A stretch of 64,000 nucleotides of DNA from Selaginella moellendorffii (Eukaryota > Plantae > Lycopodiophyta), in assembly GCF_000143415.4 (NCBI RefSeq), contig NW_003314276.1:1650696-1714695 (forward strand), written 5' to 3'. The notes under the pieces are model-generated. The model ran no database searches. It was not told the DNA's origin and was given only the letters and a program-made list of their open reading frames with translations. Position 1 is the first letter of the stretch. Each line of letters starts with the position of its first letter. The position numbers and the translations under genes are program-made. Below, piece by piece: positions 49,444 to 62,410 of this stretch.

Positions 49444-51924
49444 CCCCTTCATCCAATTTTTCTAGACACTTATCCTTCATCCAATTTGCCACTCTATTTG
49501 TGCACTTAGGTAGTTCATCACAATGAATCCCTACGAGGGCTTCATCCATGAGCTTATCCATAGTTTTGTACTCTAAGATATAGACAATATTTATGTTTAT
49601 ATCTTCATAATACTTCCTTAAATGGTTTAATTTATTATTGCAGTATTATCCTTATTTAAGGTGTGCACTTCAACTATTCTTGGAGTTAATATCTTAGACA
49701 AAATAAATGAACCATTCTATTTTCTTTCGAATTTATTTTTAAGAGCATCTACTTTGCCTTGATACCAAAGGACTTTATCTCTTGGCTTAAGATTGTAAAA
49801 GATTTTCAATTATCTATTATGCCTAGCCTTTTTAGCTTTTTGAATTGCATGTAGGGTCTAGATTACTTTAAATTTAAACTCGTCTAAGTTTTCTATTTAA
49901 GCAAGTCTTTGCTTAAGAGCTTTTTTTCATCTAAGCCATTTTTAATTGTAATATGCAAAGAGAGAATTATAAATTCTATAAGCGTTAAAGCTTCTTAGCC
50001 ATAGGTAAGACAAAATGGTGTCATGCCTATGAATACTTTATATACAATCCTATAAGCTTATAAAGTATCTAGGATTTTCTTATCTCAGTTTTTTTTATTG
50101 TCCTTTACAATCTTTTTCAAGAGATTTTTAAGGTACTTTATTAGTAGATTCAACTTGATCATTCCCTTGTGGGTAATATGGCATGGATTTTTTGTGCTTA
50201 AAGATGACTTTTTGTATAAGAATTTCTATTGTTTCATTGATGAAGTGGGTGTTTTTATCTATAATGATCTCTTTAAACAAACCAAATTTTACAATAATGT
50301 TTTCATAGAGAATTTGGCAGTGTTAGTAGTTGAGGTCTATTTCATAAGTATAGCTTCTGCCCATTTAGTCAAATAATCAATGGCGACTAAAATATATTTA
50401 TTCCTCTTACTGCTTATCATTATAGATTATGAAATGTTTCATATGGATAGGTAGGATTTAGTTTATGAATTTACTTTTTAGATGGTAGTTTGCAAAACTT
50501 TTTTTGACTTTGTCTAATTTTGGATAGACAAACTTCTTCCATCTTTAGCTTTTTACAATTTGGGACATTGGATAGCATTTTTTATCCATTATTCTTTAGT
50601 GACTTAGTCCTTGAGGCCTTATCTAATGCCTTCATGATATTAAATACCATTTCTTGGGTGTTTAAGAGTGCTTAAGTGTCCTAATGATCGGCTTTTTTGG
50701 CAATGAACATTTCTTTCTATAACATTGATTCATTATATTGCAATATAAGCAATTTATCCCTTATAGGATATATCTATCTTCCTTTTTATCCCAATAAAAA
50801 GTCTTGGGAAGTTGACTTTCACCAATTCAATCAATTATGCCATACATTTTGCTTAATTGCCTCATAGTTGTCAAGTTTTACAATTTATAGTGTTTCCAAA
50901 CCTCTAACATTATTTGGGTCCACACACTCAAATCCTATACCTTCAAGCTTAGGCTATGCGAATTCTATTTCCATTGGGATTTATTTGGCAAAAAGTTCTT
51001 ATAAACTAACCAACTTGACTTTAAGGCCTCATCACTTGAGACACTTGGGGTCTTTGCCCTATCAACTCCACAAACCTACTTTCACGACACTTTCCACTTA
51101 TGTTTACATCTTTACCAAGACCAAAGTAGTCATTTCTTATGCCAACTATCAGTTACCACTACACTATAGTATTCACATATAACTTTGTGCCAAAGTTGCT
51201 TTCTTCCAAAAACATCTTTCTCACAACTTTAGTATAGCATATTCTGCCATCAATGAGACACTCACTATTCTCATACTTGGATTTTATGATCCTCTTTGTC
51301 CTTTGTAAAATATAACACATCTCAATTCAAATGCTTCCATTAATCTCTTAGGACTATTTCTTGACTCTACTTAAGTTATCTAGCTTTTGGACTTTGCTAA
51401 TTTGACAACCCGTAAGGTCCTACTTTTAAGGTGTTAGCTCGTTGAAATATAACTTTTTGTATTCATGTCCTACTCACAATGATCATATTTACAAGTGTTA
51501 CTTCAATATTTAATTATTCTTTGTTCTATATGGGTTACATTTACCTTTTAAAATTATCTGTCCATATGATGAGAATACTAACTCATCCTCTAAGTACCCC
51601 AACTACTTGGGTTCTTCCAGCATTTATTAAAGGTAGCTCCGATTACCATTTCAAGGACCTATGTCCTCATTCATATTTAACCTCCTATAATCATTAACTT
51701 CAGTCTTAAGTTGCTATCAATTATATGAGGATAATCTTATGACTTATTTATCATCCAGGAGTTTCCATCATTTTTGTGAACCCAACTGTAGTTATTTACC
51801 ACAACCACATTATTTAGTTTGCTAAGTTAAATGCTTTTATAGATTACATCCTCAACTCTCTAAGGAAACCTTATATTATTCCCAAGATCCCAAAGTCATT
51901 CCCTTATTGGCCCTTTTCACCCTC

Positions 51925-52250
51925 GGACTTAAATTTGGAGTCGGATTTGGACTCGGATTTAGACTCGATCTTGGTCTCGGACTCAGTCTCGGTCTCGGTC
52001 TCAGTCTCAGTCTTGGTGTCAATCTCAGACTCGACCTTGGATTTGGTCTTGATTTCCATCTCGAACTTGACCTTGGACTCCATCTCAGACTCCATTTCGG
52101 GTCCATCTTAGGTCCATATCAAACTCTATCTCAGACTCCATCTTAGGCCCATCTCAAATCCATATCAAACTCCATCTCAGACTTTATCTTGGGTCCATAT
52201 CAGACTCTTTCTCAGACTCTATCTCAGACTCTTTGTCGGGTCCCATCTTG
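51925..52250. repeat. Degenerate 6/12-bp tandem repeat inside the old gypsy pol region
   Basis: Units such as CTCAGACTCCAT, CTCGGT and CTTGGA; translates on the minus strand as ESEMESK..ETETETE..SKSESK. Confidence 0.88.
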
Positions 52251-55200
52251 AAATTTAAAGTTAAGTGTCATTGGGTTTGAATAGTACTGGGTTGAGTAAA
52301 CTCCCAGAAAGTCAAAATTCAAGAGCTTATAATGTCTTTAAAGCAAACAATTTCTTTTTCTTTAGCGAATTATAATGGGGTGGAATGGTGCCTATAGAGA
52401 GATACATTTGTATATCTTCCAACCAAGTGGTACATTTAGAAATTGCAAATAAATGAGCATCTAGGAGTTTTTTACTTTAGTATTAGGTGACTCTCTTGTT
52501 GTGATAAGGCTTGGTAATTGGTTTATTTATGGAATTTTCCAGGTTTATGTACTATTTCAAGATTATATTCTTGTAATAATAAAAACCATATAGTTAGTCG
52601 AACAAATATACATGGCTTGTTAATGAGATATAAAAGAGCTTTATGGTTAGCAAAGATAATTGTTTTTGTTGCTAAAAGATAATGCCTAAATTTTTGTAAA
52701 GTGTAAACTACACTTAAGGCTTCTTTTTTAGTCATTATGTAATTATGCTCAGCAGGATTTAAATATATGCTGGCATAGTAAATAGGATGATCTTTTTGAT
52801 CACCTTGTGTCTGGGATAATATTACATCTATGGCAATATTAAAAGTATCCATTTGTAGGTGAAACTTTTTGGTCCAATTAGGCTTAACAAATATATATGC
52901 CTCTTTAAGGCATTATTTAAGTTTTAAAATTCTTCTTGATAATTTTTGTTCCCTATAATGGAGTATCTTTCTTTAAAAGATCAATAAGTGGCTTGATAAT
53001 CTTTGCATAAGCTTTTATAAATCATTTATAATAGCCAACTTTGCTTAGAAAGTAATAAATAGTTTTTAAATTGTGTAGTGGAGATATTGTTTTCATCACT
53101 TGAGTTTTATTTTTGTTTACAAAGATGCCTTACTTACATACAATATGACTTAGAAGTATGCCCAAATTTACAAGAAAGTACATTTCTCTGGATTAAGAAA
53201 AATGCTATATTATTTGTATTTTTGGAAACATTTTTGCAAGAAAATTAAATGTTCCTTTTTGAAGCTGAAGACACTAAAATCATTCATGAAAACTCTCATA
53301 AAATAAAAGAAATATTTTTTGAAAGTGTTCGTAATAACTTTTTGAAATGTAAAAGGAGCATTATATAGGCCAAAAGGTATTTTGCAATAAGTATAAGTTC
53401 TACATTGGCTTATAAAAGTTGTTTTGTATTGATATTTAGGTGATACTTCCACTTGGTTATAACCAAAGAATCCATCTAAAAATGAATACATCTCATGACT
53501 TGCTATTGAATCCAAAATTTCATTTGTAAAAGAAATAGGGAATATATCCTATTTTGTTGCATTATTTAGCTTTTTGCAATTCACACAAACTTGTAATTTG
53601 CCATTTTTCTTAAGCACAATTACAAGTGATGAAATCTATTGAGCATTCTGAATTGGATAGATAAATCCTATCTAGAAAAGTTTATTGATTTCCTCCTTGA
53701 TTTTACCTTGGTTATTAAGATTCATTCTATAGGGCATTTAGCTTTTAGGCATATTTTCTGAGAGTATCTCAATATGATGTATATAGAGCTCTAGCATAAT
53801 GTTTTTTAAATCTATGTAAGACCAGGCAAAAATATCTTTATAGTATTTTAGTAGATTTATGGCTTGATTGTGAAATTCACTTTGCAATCCTTAAGCAATT
53901 GTGACAATATGAGGATTATTCTTATCTGCTAAATTGATTCGCTTAAGTGGTTGATCACAAGAAATATGTAAAATATAATTTCTTTGTTAATCAATTTTAT
54001 AAGCAGAATCCTCCTTTAGGGAAAAATCTCTTATACTTAAACTAATATCTAGTCTAAGTATTTCTTTGAGTATTGAATAGAGATTAACTTTTGAAATTAG
54101 CTTAATTTCAATAAAAGCTTTTAAGATTTGTTATATTTTGAAATCGTCTAAGCCTTTCTCCTAATAAGATTGAGTTTTGAAGGGTCAATTTTTCCTTTTC
54201 AACTATATAGTGAAAGTAATGGGCACAATTTTTTTTTTGTTACACAAGAAACCATTTTTCCAATCTTGGTTTATGCAAGTAATTTTTAACTAAGGTTTAT
54301 TTGTTTATTTGGGGCTGGTTGAATTGGACCTAAGCCTAATTCTTTGCAAATACTCTCTTCTAGAATATTTACAATTGAGCCATTATTGATGAGAGTTCTA
54401 AATAATAGATTCTTACCAATCTTTATATTAATTATAGAAACTTCATCATTACAATCCCTTGGCTCCATTACAATGGCTATAAATAGGATTAAAGTTTTTT
54501 CCTTTTTAGGCGAGAGCTTTCTAAACAATACAGCTCTAAAATAAAGTGTTATAGTGAGAAGTTGGCTTAAAATGAATGTAATTTTGACATTTAAAATGCT
54601 TTTCACTACCTTTTTCTCATCCTTACCATCTAGCTTTAGTATAGGATTTTCTTTTTGCGCTAGTGTTAAATTCATATTAGCTTGTAAAGGCATGAGACTT
54701 TTTGTGTCAGAATCAAGTGGGAATTTTCTCTCTCCTATGAGGAAGTATGTACACCTATAGCACATCTTGCAAAAAGTGTTTCATGCTTAAAGTGGTGAAT
54801 ATTTCTCCTAGTAATTAAACATCACTTAACTAGTCTGAAAAATAAATTTTCATGCCTATTCACTTGTATATTTGTTCTTTGTCTATGCCTCACTTCAAAG
54901 GATATGGGGCATGCTTCACATGATTGCCTTTGATTCCTCTTTATAAGAAGATGTGATGTGAGTGCTTTCAAAATTTATAGAAGAGTGACATCTTTCATAT
55001 TGAGCAATGTTTGTAAGCTCTTTATGTATAAAAGATAAGCCTTGATTAATTCACCTAGGTGTATTAGATATAGAGTGGTTTGAATGGTTAAAGTGGTTCG
55101 TGATAACTGCTTCTAAATTTTCAATTTATGAGTTTTGTTCAAGTCTCAAATGCTCTTGCAATATACGCAGGAGACTTAAACTCAGGACAAGTCTACTTTC

Positions 55201-57583
55201 AAACCATGTCTGAGTAGTTGTCTAACATAAAGGACCTTGAATCAAAGCCTTAAGACAACACAATGTTGTAATTGTGACTCTACCTTTGTTAAAGCCTCAT
55301 AATATTTAGATGAATAATTTCCCAATTTATTTTTCACTAAAGCTGACTTTAATTCTCTTTAAGCTAGAGTTGAAGACAAGAGTTACCAATGCCTAATTTT
55401 CTTGCTTGTGTATGCCTAGAAAAATTGTGACACATTGTTGAAAAATGTGTTCTTTAAAAACCCAAATGAGAACTTAATTAAAAGGAAAGAATTCTAGAGT
55501 AGTTAATTATGTTTTCCACATCAAACAAAATCCATTCCTTCTTCTTTAGAAATTTTCTCAAGAAATTGTTAGTGAAACAATTTGAACTTGAGTTTCTTGG
55601 CAATCTATGTCGAACTTCAATTTCAAACTTGTCTTATGCTTTGTGGCTTATATGACGGTTGAAGAACTATCTTTCTTGCATTGTTTAGGCACTAAACCAC
55701 TACAATTGCAAAAAGAGCTCATTCGTTCAACATTGTTTAGGCTAAAGCATTTGCAATCATTGAAGAGATTTACTTGTGATTCTTAATGCTGGGCATGTTT
55801 GGAATTCACAAGCCATTTTCCCAGCTATTTTTCAAACTAAAGAGTGATGGCTTATCCCACCATAGTCACTAAAAGTGAGTAAGGCTTTTTTTGCCTATAC
55901 TCATGTTCTTGCCCTTACCTACAAAATAGTGATAAATAAATAGATATGAGAATATAAAGAAGAAGAATGAAAAGAGAATAAAATCGAACTCAGCCTCAAA
56001 CCCCAAAAGTGTAAATAAGGATAAGCATATGTCACTCTACTTTGCACAAACAGTCATAATGTAGCGCACCTGAATTTGGAGCCAAACTCCAAGCCCGTTG
56101 CACTACGAAACGAGGGTCCAGTACGATCCCATGAGCACCAGCTCCCCGTATCCAGCACCTGCACACAAAATGGTGTCAGACGGAATCTAGCACAATTTTG
56201 GCATACCGGTGGCCTAACGTGAGGACAAAAGTACTCCACCGACTAAAACAATGTGGAGCTTGGGCTTAGACCCAAGCCGGACACAGAACAAGGAGTGACA
56301 CAGCCCAGTGGGAGCCAAACTAATGTCTCAGGTGGTCGGACATGCATTCCAACCACTATCCCTACTATACATTTGGAACCCCCTACAGCCCCCCCCCCCC
56401 TTGAGGGACACACGCTTTGGGCTTTCACCCCAAGCCACCCTTAGTACCAGGAGTTAGTCTCTGGGACAAGTCCGAAACTTACTAAATATGGAATGGTTTT
56501 AGATTGCGAATTTGGACACGGGACGAACACCATTATGTTTAGGCCGATCTCTACATTCCGTAGATGTGCCAAATGAGCTAATCCAGATATTTTCCATAAA
56601 TAGCACTTGGGACCAAAATGAGACTAACACAAAGGGTGTGATAGCGAGGGTGTTTGGCAGACACAGTAAGCTATCATCCAGCGATATTGAGGGACTAGTC
56701 TCAATACGCAAGGGTTCTTGCCAAGCCAGTGCAAGACAGAGCAAAAGAGAACTAAGAGCCAGGCCGAGAATGCTCATCTAGAAACACATAGGAGTTCCTA
56801 CCTTATGTTCATCTGGCTAAGTACAGATGCTAAGCCCAGTAAACTAACACTTGGACAAGAGGGGCTATTGAAGGAAACCAGCAGTACTGACCTCCTATCG
56901 TCATGGCAGTAAGAAAAGAGTGCCCGTAAGGACTAGCCGACAAGTATCTTTGGATACCCAAAGTCACATTCGTGACACTCTCCCCCCCTTGGGGAAGATT
57001 GACGTCCTCGTCGATGCATACCCGAGTCTAGCGAACCGTCAAGGAAACAACTCCGAAAGTTACGGAAAGCACACTATGTGGGAAATACACCGACTTAAAT
57101 GAGTTATGGAACGACCTCTCCTCTACGTCCAAAGATGTTACGACTCAGACACCCTCCGGCCGTCACCGACAAGGAAATGACTAACAGAGTTAGCCCCCCT
57201 TGCTACTCCGAGTACCACTCGGCTTACAAAGGAATGATACATCCCTGCCTGCAGGGACATAGGGAGAAGGCAAGAGGCCCACTTCCCCTGAGCAAGAAAT
57301 CAACCCCGTCGGGAAGATTTAGACAACTATTATAAACTGGCAGATTAAGTTGTTTACACGACCACGCCCCTTTTTGAAAATAAGCCATCAAGAGAGAGGC
57401 GGGGACTTGTGATCAGTCTATAATAGTTATCCCCATGGTTTTGGATTGGACCGAAGCACTGAAGTGCCAAAGTCAACCTACCAAAACTGACCCAAGTACT
57501 AACGAACGAGAAAAACAACACTTTGATTTATAGAAATATATTACTTTATTAATTTGCAAGATTGATTACAATATTTACAAAAG

Positions 57584-58200
57584 CTAATCTTTATTACGAT
57601 TCTCATACTCCGTGACAAGCTCACGAGCATGGGTAAGATTTCTAAGAGGTTCCCAAGTTGATTCACAAGTCGGGTAACCCTTCCACTTAACTAAATATTC
57701 CTTCGCGTGAGCCCGTCGCCGAAACCAAGAATCCAAGATAGATTCAGCTTCATACTCGGGTTCACCATCCACGATTACTGGCGGAGGACGCATATCCGTA
57801 GAGCGTTCCAAAGCAGCATGATATGGTGTTAGTAAACTGACATGAAACACATCATGTAGCTGAGAGAACTCATCCGGAAGATCCAACTTATAGGATACAT
57901 CACCAACGCGTTTTAACACCCGATAGGGTCCAATATATCTCGGCAAGAGCTTCCGAGACAAAGAACCCTTAATGTTCAAGTATCAGGAAGAGAGCCACAC
58001 CTGATCTCCCACTTGATAGGATACATCCCGATAATGCTGATCCTTATCATGTCGATACCTATCTTGAGCTTTGCCCATCGCCTCAGTAGCCCTAGACCAA
58101 CCTTGGCGTAGCTGCTCCGCATAAGTCTCAACAGCCGGGACCAACATTGCAGACATAGGTTTCGGTACAACAATCTGGTGAGGAACCCATAATCTGCTAC
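57584..58200 (-). pseudogene. Integrase C-terminus (GPY/F module) plus chromodomain
   Basis: KLLPRYIGPY, HDVFHVSLL, YEAESILD..YLVKWKGY..STWEP. Confidence 0.92.
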
Positions 58201-60620
58201 ATCACCTTCCATACCAGACCAGAAAAATCCCTTTTTCAATGAAGCCAGAGTCTTTTGCTGTCCACCATGTCCTGCTGCTGGAACATCATGATGTTCCCGC
58301 AGAAATAACTGCTGCAGAGCCTTATCAGGAAGATACAATCTTTCTTGCTTATAGAATATAAACCCATCCCAAACTGAGAAGTGAAGCTTTGCATTAGTGC
58401 GACTAGCAACCTTCGCTACTTCGCTACCAGGGCTCTGCTTCGACAACTCTGCACGGCGTAAGATTGTCTTCACCAATGGATCACTTCCATACGAAGCCCG
58501 GATGTCTTCCAACCAGTCCGAACTGATTGCCGATATTGCCCGGAATTGAGCTTGACAACTCAACGCATCCGGAACAATATTGTCTTTACCAGGTTTATAT
58601 ATGATTTCAATATCATATCTAGCAAGCTTCTCTTGCCAACGAGCCTGCTTCGGCGTAAGCTTAGGCTGCGTAGCAAAGTAGCTTAGTGTGTTACTATCCG
58701 TATAAACCTTGGTATGTCCACCCAAGTAGTGTCTCCAGTGTTCCAGGGCCGACACTATAGCAAACATCTCTTTCTCATGCATTGGCCATCTTCATTGGGT
58801 CTCATCCAATTTCTTGGAATATAACACAACGGGACAACCATGTCACTTTAGCGTAACACTAACCGCTTTGTCACAATCTTGCTATAACACGGCACCAATA
58901 GTATAACCAGATGCATCACAATGCACTTCGAAGGGTTTATCAAGATCTGGGATCCTGAGTGTAGCGCACCTTATCTCTCTCCCCTTAAGCTAACTGGAAA
59001 AGGGGCAATTGCTTGATGAGAGAGCCTTTAGTGGCTATTTTATCCCCATTTATCCCCCAAGGTTCCAAGGATCCACGGTGACAGTATATCCAAATCTCAT
59101 CCCATGATCACATGCGCTACACTCACCCCCCCTTCAGAGATGTCAATGTCCTCATTGACTATTGATTAACAACCCCTACTGAGCCAAGGGGAACCAGCAC
59201 CTCCATTTCCGCACTCAATCTACCAATCCTTCCATTGTGTAGATTAGCTATTCCATGTGAGGCAACTAGTCATCCACCCGTACCGCAGTCCCACGGTGGA
59301 TACCTTCATCCGTGGATACTCCACACAAGAAGAAGGACGTACGCATGGATGCCCAATACGTACGATTTCAAATTTACGGGTAGGAATATACCTTGCTCAA
59401 GGGTATATTATACTTTTAAGTAGCCACTAATCAATGGGAATCGAACCCGTGCCATTTGCTCCGATACCAACTGTAGCGCACCTTATCTCTCTCCCCTTAA
59501 GCCAACTGGAAAAGGGGCAATTTCTTGATGAGAGAGCCCTTAGTGGCTATTTTATCCCCATTTATCCCCCAAGGTTCCAAGGATCCATGGTGACAGTATA
59601 TCCAAATCTCATCCCATGATCACATGCGCTACACTGAGAACAGGAACCGTTGTCAAGATCTCCTTCAACCGTACAAAAGCACACTGACAAGCTGGTGTCC
59701 AATGAAACAGAATACTACTCTTCGTCAACTCAGTCAACGGAAGAGCAATCCTTGCAAAATTGCGGACAAACTTGCGATAGTATCCCGCCAAACTGAGAAA
59801 GGATTGAACATCTGATACAGTGGTCGGAACTTCCTAGGACTTCACTGCTTCCACCTTCTTTGGATCGACCTCAATCACACCACCACCAACTATATGTCCA
59901 AGAAAGTTTATGCGCAATTGTCCAAAAGCGAATTTACTTTCCGTAGCATACAGTTTGTGTTTGTGCAACTTCTGAAACACCAGCTCCAAGTGTTTCAAAT
60001 GATCCTCCAACGTTTCGCTAAAGACTAAAACATCGTCGATATATAGGACAACAAATGCATCCAAATAATCTCCGAATATTCTATCCATCATAGTGCTAAA
60101 CGTTGCTGGAGCATTGCATAACCCGAACGGCATGACAAGGAACTCATAAGATCCATACCGAGTCTTAAAGGCTGTCTTCTCCACATCCTAATCCGCCACC
60201 CGTATCTGATGATACCCAGACCGCAAATCAAGTCATGTAAAATACTTAGCCTTTAAGAGTTTGTCAAACAAGTCATCAATGCAAAGCAAAGGATAACTGT
60301 TTTTAACCGTGATCTTATCGAGTGCCCGATAGTCAATACACATCCTCATAGTTTTGTCCTTTTTCATAATGAAGAGGACCGACGCTCCATAAGGTGACTT
60401 TCTTGGTCGGATATGACCTTTATCAAGAAGCTCCATGAGTTGCTTCTTGAGTTCAACCATCTCTTTGATGTTCAACCAATATAGAGCTTTCGTAAGTGGT
60501 TTAGAACCCGGAATAACCTCAATCCGATGATCAACCTCACGGCTAGGAGGTAGCCCTAGCGGCAAATCCTTCGGAAAGATATTCTGATTCCTCGCCAACA
60601 ACTCCAATATCCTCTTTGGT
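58200..60620 (-). pseudogene. Reverse transcriptase / RNase H / integrase N-terminus, interrupted by the TRIM
   Basis: [58 protein letters not shown]; stops present. Confidence 0.93.
58960..59633 (-). mobile_element. TRIM (terminal-repeat retrotransposon in miniature), 674 bp; LTRs 58960-59121 and 59472-59633, TSD CTGAG
   Basis: 162-bp LTRs with about 4 differences and 9-bp terminal inverted repeats TGTAGCGCA/TGCGCTACA; PBS TGGTATCGGAGC; PPT at ~59122-59135; non-coding 350-bp interior. Removing it restores VPVLRIPDLDKPF. Confidence 0.95.
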
Positions 60621-60643
60621 ACAGGATCAACCCCGTCACTAAT

Positions 60644-61096
60644 TCAAACTGAGTCACCAACACCCTCAGCTTCCATCACTTGAACCCAAAAGGTCTGACA
60701 TCCCCTCTTAGTTGCTTTTTGAGCAGCCCTCTCAGTCAGGAACTTTGCATCCCAATCCTTTGAGGAACACTTTTGCAACTGAAAGGATACATCAAGACGT
60801 CTTTTTGATTTCAACGTGATACGACTTTGTCCAGCACCATAAATCCCTTTTATATACTTGTTGAAGAAATCCATACCAAACACCATCTGAAAATTTGGTA
60901 TCTTCAACACTACGAAGTCCACTCTTTCTTTCCACTTGGATATCTTTATTGGAACATCACTCACAAACTTTTTGGCTACTTGCCCACCTTCCGCAAACCA
61001 GAAGTGCATAAGTGACATTTGCTCAGCATTCAATCCTAACAACTTAACTAAGTCTTTGGATATCATGTTGTGCGTAGCTCCCGTGTCAATCATCAC
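60644..61096 (-). pseudogene. Retrotransposon aspartic protease
   Basis: MIDTGATHN and VFGMDF motifs. Confidence 0.9.
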
Positions 61097-61102
61097 TCGG
61101 AT

Positions 61103-62410
61103 TCAGTGTCCACGGACAAAGCCTACCAGATACATCAACGGATCAGTGTTTGCATTGACTGCAAGAAAAGCTTGAGGAAAGCAACGAAAGTTACTCACCT
61201 CTTCTTCCTCATAGTCTGCATTGACCAACTCATCAACTCCTTCAGCTTCACCACCACCGTCTTCCCTCATGACATTAACGCGAGACCTTGTCTTATGCTT
61301 GTTGGGACATTCCGAGGACTTATGTCCCGACTCTCCACAATGGAAGCAATGACCCACACTACCTGTTCCGCTAGGAGCAGGTTTTGCAAGTTGCTGCTGC
61401 TTGTACCCACCAGGAGGAGGAACAAAGGGCCTAGGACTAGAAGAAGCTGCTGGTGGTCTCCAACCACCACCACCTTTGTTAACCATTGCTTGTGAGCCTC
61501 CAGGGCGGTACCTACTTTCCACCCTTTGTTTCCGATCATTCCCAGAATTTCTATTCTTATCCGAGTTACCAGCTTGCGGTTGCTGATATTGTTCCATGAG
61601 CAAGTGACTGAAGGCAACTTGCTGTGCTGTCTCCTTGCACTCCAGGTACATCTTTGTCTTAAACTTCAAAATCTCATTGCGAGAAAATGAAGTTAAACCC
61701 TCCAGAAAATAACTCCGAGCATCTTCGTCACTCATATTTGCAATCATAATGCGCTTCTGAGCAAACGCATTAACGTAATGCATAAGATCCCCTCGCTGCT
61801 TTAACTATCGCAGTTCCACGCGAAGTCTTAGACCAAGATCATCCAGCAAGTATTCCTTACGGATACGAGACCGCATCTTGGTCCAACTTCTAGTCTGCCC
61901 TTTTTCAGCACACACCTGGCGCCACCAAGTTTTGGCATGATCGGTGAGAAAGGATTGCGCACATGTAACTTTCGTACGATCATCTACGACTGCTGCTATG
62001 AAGTAGTTCTCCATATCGTAGACCCAGTCTTCCAAAACCTGATAGTCCCGCATGCCTCTAAAATTGGGTGGTTTCGAAGGTTTGAACTTTGAAACTCGTG
62101 CAACCGGGGGTGGCTGCAGAACTTCATCATCCTCAGAACTTGAGGAGGAGTCTGGTTGCTTAGGCTTAGCTGGTTTAGCTGCCTCAGCTTCTTTCTTCCT
62201 CTTCTTGTTCTCCTTCTTCAATATGCGAATCTCCCTTCGCAAATTCTCGATCTCGACTTCCTAAGCCGTATGCTGCAGCGCCGCAGCGTCTAGCTCTTCC
62301 TCTTTTGACTCAACCTTTGCCTCTTCCGCAGCATCTCTAGCAGGAGTTTCCTCCTCTCGATTCGCCCGTCTAGAGGTTTCAGCGTCATCAGCACGGTTCC
62401 TCTTCACCAT
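61103..62410 (-). pseudogene. Gag with CCHC zinc knuckle (in-frame stops)
   Basis: PPNFRG..LEDWVYDMENYF, AKTWW, CFHCGESGHKSSECP. Confidence 0.9.

Noticed and set aside
58960-59121. Cassandra-type 5S rRNA-derived LTR
   Set aside because: No recognisable 5S rRNA sequence on either strand.
59430-59510. tRNA gene inside the TRIM
   Set aside because: Only a T-arm/B-box is present; no acceptor or anticodon stems could be folded by eye.
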